Shown here piece after piece: positions 60,485-64,000 of a stretch of DNA of 64,000 nt; position 1 is the stretch's first letter; each line of letters opens with the position of its first letter. Made by a program: the position numbers and the translations under genes. The notes under the pieces are model-generated. The model was not told the origin of the DNA and did no database searches. It worked only from the letters and a program-made list of their open reading frames with translations. The stretch is from contig OY986949.1 in NCBI GenBank assembly GCA_963920595.1, forward strand, positions 4,464,001-4,528,000. Direction: 5' to 3'. Source of the stretch: Eimeria praecox. Taxonomy: Eukaryota.

Positions 60485-60973
60485 TTGACCCCACAGCAGG
60501 AAGGGTCTTTGAGGTTCTTAGTTCGACAGTTTTGTTATTTTGTTGCTTCAAAAACAAATCTGATAGAAGCAGCAAGACGCGCGTTCATATCCAGTGTTAG
60601 GTATAAACCCTAAACCCTAAACCCTAAACCCTAAACCCTAATGAACCCTAATAAACCCTAATAAACCCTAATAAAACCCTAATAAGCCCTAATAAAACCC
60701 TAAACCCTTTCTCTTTCAAGGGTTTAGCTACACATACAGAGACAGCTACTTCTTACAGCTACATGCAATTAGGGTTTGATAGGGTTTGATAGGGTTTGCT
60801 AGGGTTTGATAGGGTTTAGGGTTTAGGGTTTTGTGGTGCAGGGCATACAAGACCCACAGCAAAGACCTCAGACATATCTTTGATAGCTCTAAATTGCCTT
60901 TAGGGCGTATTGCCGCTTCTTTCTGTATTAACGAAACACCGAAAGAAATTGCAGGCAGAGCCCGCCTAAGCCC

Positions 60974-61038
<65 letters not shown>

Positions 61039-61144
61039 GGGGGCGGCAGCAGCAGTGGAGGCAGCAGCAGCAGCAGCAGCAGCAGAGGGGGAGAAACAAG
61101 AGAACACGCGTAGATGAATTTCAAGATGAGAGCGATCATAGAAC

Positions 61145-61181
<37 letters not shown>

Positions 61182-61285
61182 CAGCAGCAGCACCAGTACA
61201 GGCCTGCGGCAAAGCGCCAAAGACAGCAGCAGCAGCAGCAACAGCAACACCATATCGAGATCGTTCCCAGTAGCAGTAATAGCAA

Positions 61286-61317
<32 letters not shown>

Positions 61318-61374
61318 CGAATGCAGCAGCACGCGCTGTCAAGTTGCTGCAGGCACGGGGCGATCTACTCAAGC

Positions 61375-61407
<33 letters not shown>

Positions 61408-61457
61408 AGAACAGCAAGAAGGGAGAAGCAAACAAAAAATACAAACATAAACACTAA
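55103..61457 (+). CDS. DBP7: DEAD-box RNA helicase, DBP7/DDX31 family
   Basis: Exons 55103-55856, 56648-56863, 57913-59347, 59653-59746, 59970-60093, 60294-60600, 60842-61457. Motifs: [32 protein letters not shown]…[33 protein letters not shown] and the family C-terminal AFISSVRAYKTH…LGRIAASF. The model spans an N-gap within intron 2. Confidence 0.93.
57645..57844. other. Scaffold gap (200 N) inside an AGGGTTT array
   Basis: N run. Confidence 1.
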
Positions 61458-61844
61458 GTCAATTTATGTCTATGCAGCAGCAGCTGCTGCTGCTGCTGCA
61501 GCTGCTGCAGCTGCAGCTGCTGCTGCTGCAGTGCAGCGTACGGTTGCTGCTGCTGCTGCTGCTGCTGCAGCAGCAGCAGCAGCAAACATTTGAATATACA
61601 TTCACTGAAGCTGCTCCTTACAGGGAGCAGCAGCAGTAGATAATTTTGCTGCTGCTGCTGCAGCGGCAGTTTCAGCTTGCTGCTGCTGCTGCTGCTGCAC
61701 CTGCTGCAGCAAAGGCTACAGCAGCAGGTGCAGCAGCAGCAGCAGCAGCAGCAAGGGGACGGATACAAATTACGAACGAACTGTGTCCACAACCTCAGGA
61801 ATGTGGGGTTGATATGTTCATTCTTAGGGTTTAGGGTTTAGGGT

Positions 61845-62171
61845 TTAGGGTTTAGGGTTTAGGGTTTTGTGGGTGCGCCAGGGTATAGCTGTAAGGAAGT
61901 CATCCCAGTTAGGGGAGGAGCACTGCAGCAGCAGCACAGCCTGCCGCTCTGCCCACGCCTCATCTGATTCATCTTGCTGCTGCTGCTGCTGCTGTTGCTG
62001 TTGCTGCTGCTGCTGCTGCTGTTGCTGCTCCTGCTGCTTCACAATTGCGAGACATATCTTCGCCATCTCCATACCTGCAGGAAGCTCGACGAGGCTCTCT
62101 TGCTGCTGCTGCTGCTGCTGCTGCAAGTGCTGCTGCTGCTGCTGCTGCTGGTGGTGGTGCTGCTGCTTCAC

Positions 62172-62202
<31 letters not shown>

Positions 62203-62306
62203 AGCAAACCAACAACTTCTGCCAGGGGTGGGATGCTTCCTGACGATACAGGAAGCAGCAGCAGATCCTCTGCGGCTGCTTCATCACCATCTTGCTGCTG
62301 CAGCAG

Positions 62307-62342
<36 letters not shown>

Positions 62343-62425
62343 GGTGTTTGGGATGCAGCCGCAGCGGCAGCAGACCGAGCCGCATGTCTTTAGCAGCAGC
62401 CGCTTAGTTGCCACAGCGCACAAAC

Positions 62426-62456
<31 letters not shown>

Positions 62457-62795
62457 TTGCTGTTGCTGCTGCTGCTGCTGTTGCTGTTGCTGCTGTTGCT
62501 GCTGCTGTTCTGCTGCTGCAGCACCACTCTGCTGCAGCAGCAGACTGTGGGTTTCAACCCACCGCGGCCACAGACCCTTAACAAAAGATACTACCTTCAA
62601 CTGTAACGGGGCCCCCCCCATGGGTACAGAGGGGGGCCCCCACAGGGTGAGGGGGGCCCCCTGGGGGCCCCCATCCTGGGGGCCCCCAGGATGGGGGCCC
62701 GCATCCTGAGGAGCCGCCCCTTGGGGGCCCCCCCTGTGGCGATTCCCCCAGGGGGCCCCCTGGGGGCCCCCCAAGCCTGTATAGTGTTCGTGCAT
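61845..62795 (-). CDS. Probable exon of a hypothetical multi-exon gene
   Basis: Open frame with complex segments (LKVVSFVKGLWPRWVET, ESLVELPAGMEMAKICLAIVK, SPNWDDFLTAIPW) between poly-Q tracts. Boundaries are unresolved. Confidence 0.45.
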
Positions 62796-63428
62796 GCGTT
62801 CGTTTGATGTTTATATTGTTTAAGCTTCTGAAGAAGAGGCAGCAGGTAGGTTGCTGCTGCAGCAAGTAGCTGCTGCAGCAGATAATGGATTGGGGTGTAT
62901 GTACAGCAAACAGGATTTGAGTTTGTTATCAAAGATAAACAAAGATAAATATCTAACAGAATAATACTATGAGGGAGATAGCAAACAAACTGCTGCAGCA
63001 GGGCCCCCCCCCCCCCCCCCCGCTTGGGGGCCCCCCTTGGGGGCCCCCCTGGGGGGCCCCCTTGGGGGCCCCCCTAGGGGGGGAGGGGGGCCCCCATCTT
63101 AAGGTGAATAGGGTTTTAATATTTATTTATAGTTTGATATTATTATTATTATTATTTATTTTTTTGTATTGTTTTATTATTATGTTTTCGATAGAGAGAG
63201 ACGAATAGGACTAAGGGCGGCAGCAGCAAGCATAGCAATATGCTGCTGCTGCGTCTACAGCGGCCCCTGCAGCAGCAACTGCAGCAGCAACTGCAGCAGC
63301 AACTGCAGCAGCAACTGCAGCAGCAACTGCAGCAGCAACTGCAGCATCAGCAGCTGCTGCTGCTGCTACGCTTGGGGAGGAACCTAAGCACCGCTCCCTC
63401 CCAAGGCCGCCTTACATTCGCTCAACAC

Positions 63429-63490
<62 letters not shown>

Positions 63491-63602
63491 ACAGCAGCAG
63501 CAGAACAAGGAGAGAGAAGGGCGTCTGCCGAAGCCTCCTCTAGAACAACTGCAGCAGCAGAAAACACAGCAACAACAGCAGCAGCAACAGCAGCAGCAGC
63601 AG

Positions 63603-63646
<44 letters not shown>

Positions 63647-63768
63647 GCAGCAACAGCAGCAACAGCAGCAGCAGCAGCAGAAGAAGAAGCCTTCTGTGCA
63701 GCAGAGGCTGCAGCAGATATTGCAGCGGCTTGTCTTTTCAAGCGCTATAAACATACGGAAGCTCATAC

Positions 63769-63809
<41 letters not shown>

Positions 63810-64000
63810 TTCAGCGGCTGGTGCAACTCGGGCCTCATTGAACCTGTTGCTGCTGCTGCAGCAGCAGCGGAAACGGAGCTGTGGCACCACCAGCAACACC
63901 AGCAGCAGCAACAGCAGCAGCAGCAGCAGCAGCAACAGCCAAGCGCCTTGCTGCAGCAGGCTGTCCCCAGGGTGTTGCTGCTGCACCCGCAGTACGAGCC

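Noticed and set aside
61790..61885. Possible third GC donor after …TAIPW on the minus strand
   Set aside because: No GT precedes the heptamer array, but the downstream exon and phase cannot be fixed without homology.

Overview
This is eukaryotic, intron-rich DNA of the coccidian (Eimeria-like apicomplexan) type, inferred from pervasive CAG/CTG repeats, interstitial AAACCCT/AGGGTTT telomere-like heptamers and TGCATGCA octamers. Most ORFs in the supplied track are repeat-frame artefacts, so I built spliced gene models by hand. Recognisable genes are lipoyl synthase LipA (two copies), an LRR/coiled-coil DRC3-like protein, a 3-exon small Tim (Tim13-like) chaperone absent from the ORF track, a four-finger Cys/His zinc-finger RS protein, a COX6A-like subunit, an AKTIP-like UBC variant, RNase P/MRP p30 and a DBP7/DDX31 DEAD-box helicase, plus several hypothetical proteins. 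Bases 1-12023 are a diverged inverted copy of 21906-32984 that ends exactly at an N-gap, so this is either a haplotig artefact or a real duplication. The most interesting pattern is that many introns start with (AAACCCT)n and end with the complementary (AGGGTTT)n, which could fold the splice sites together. Also notable are two GC-AG introns and exon-edge fragments duplicated inside telomere-repeat introns.
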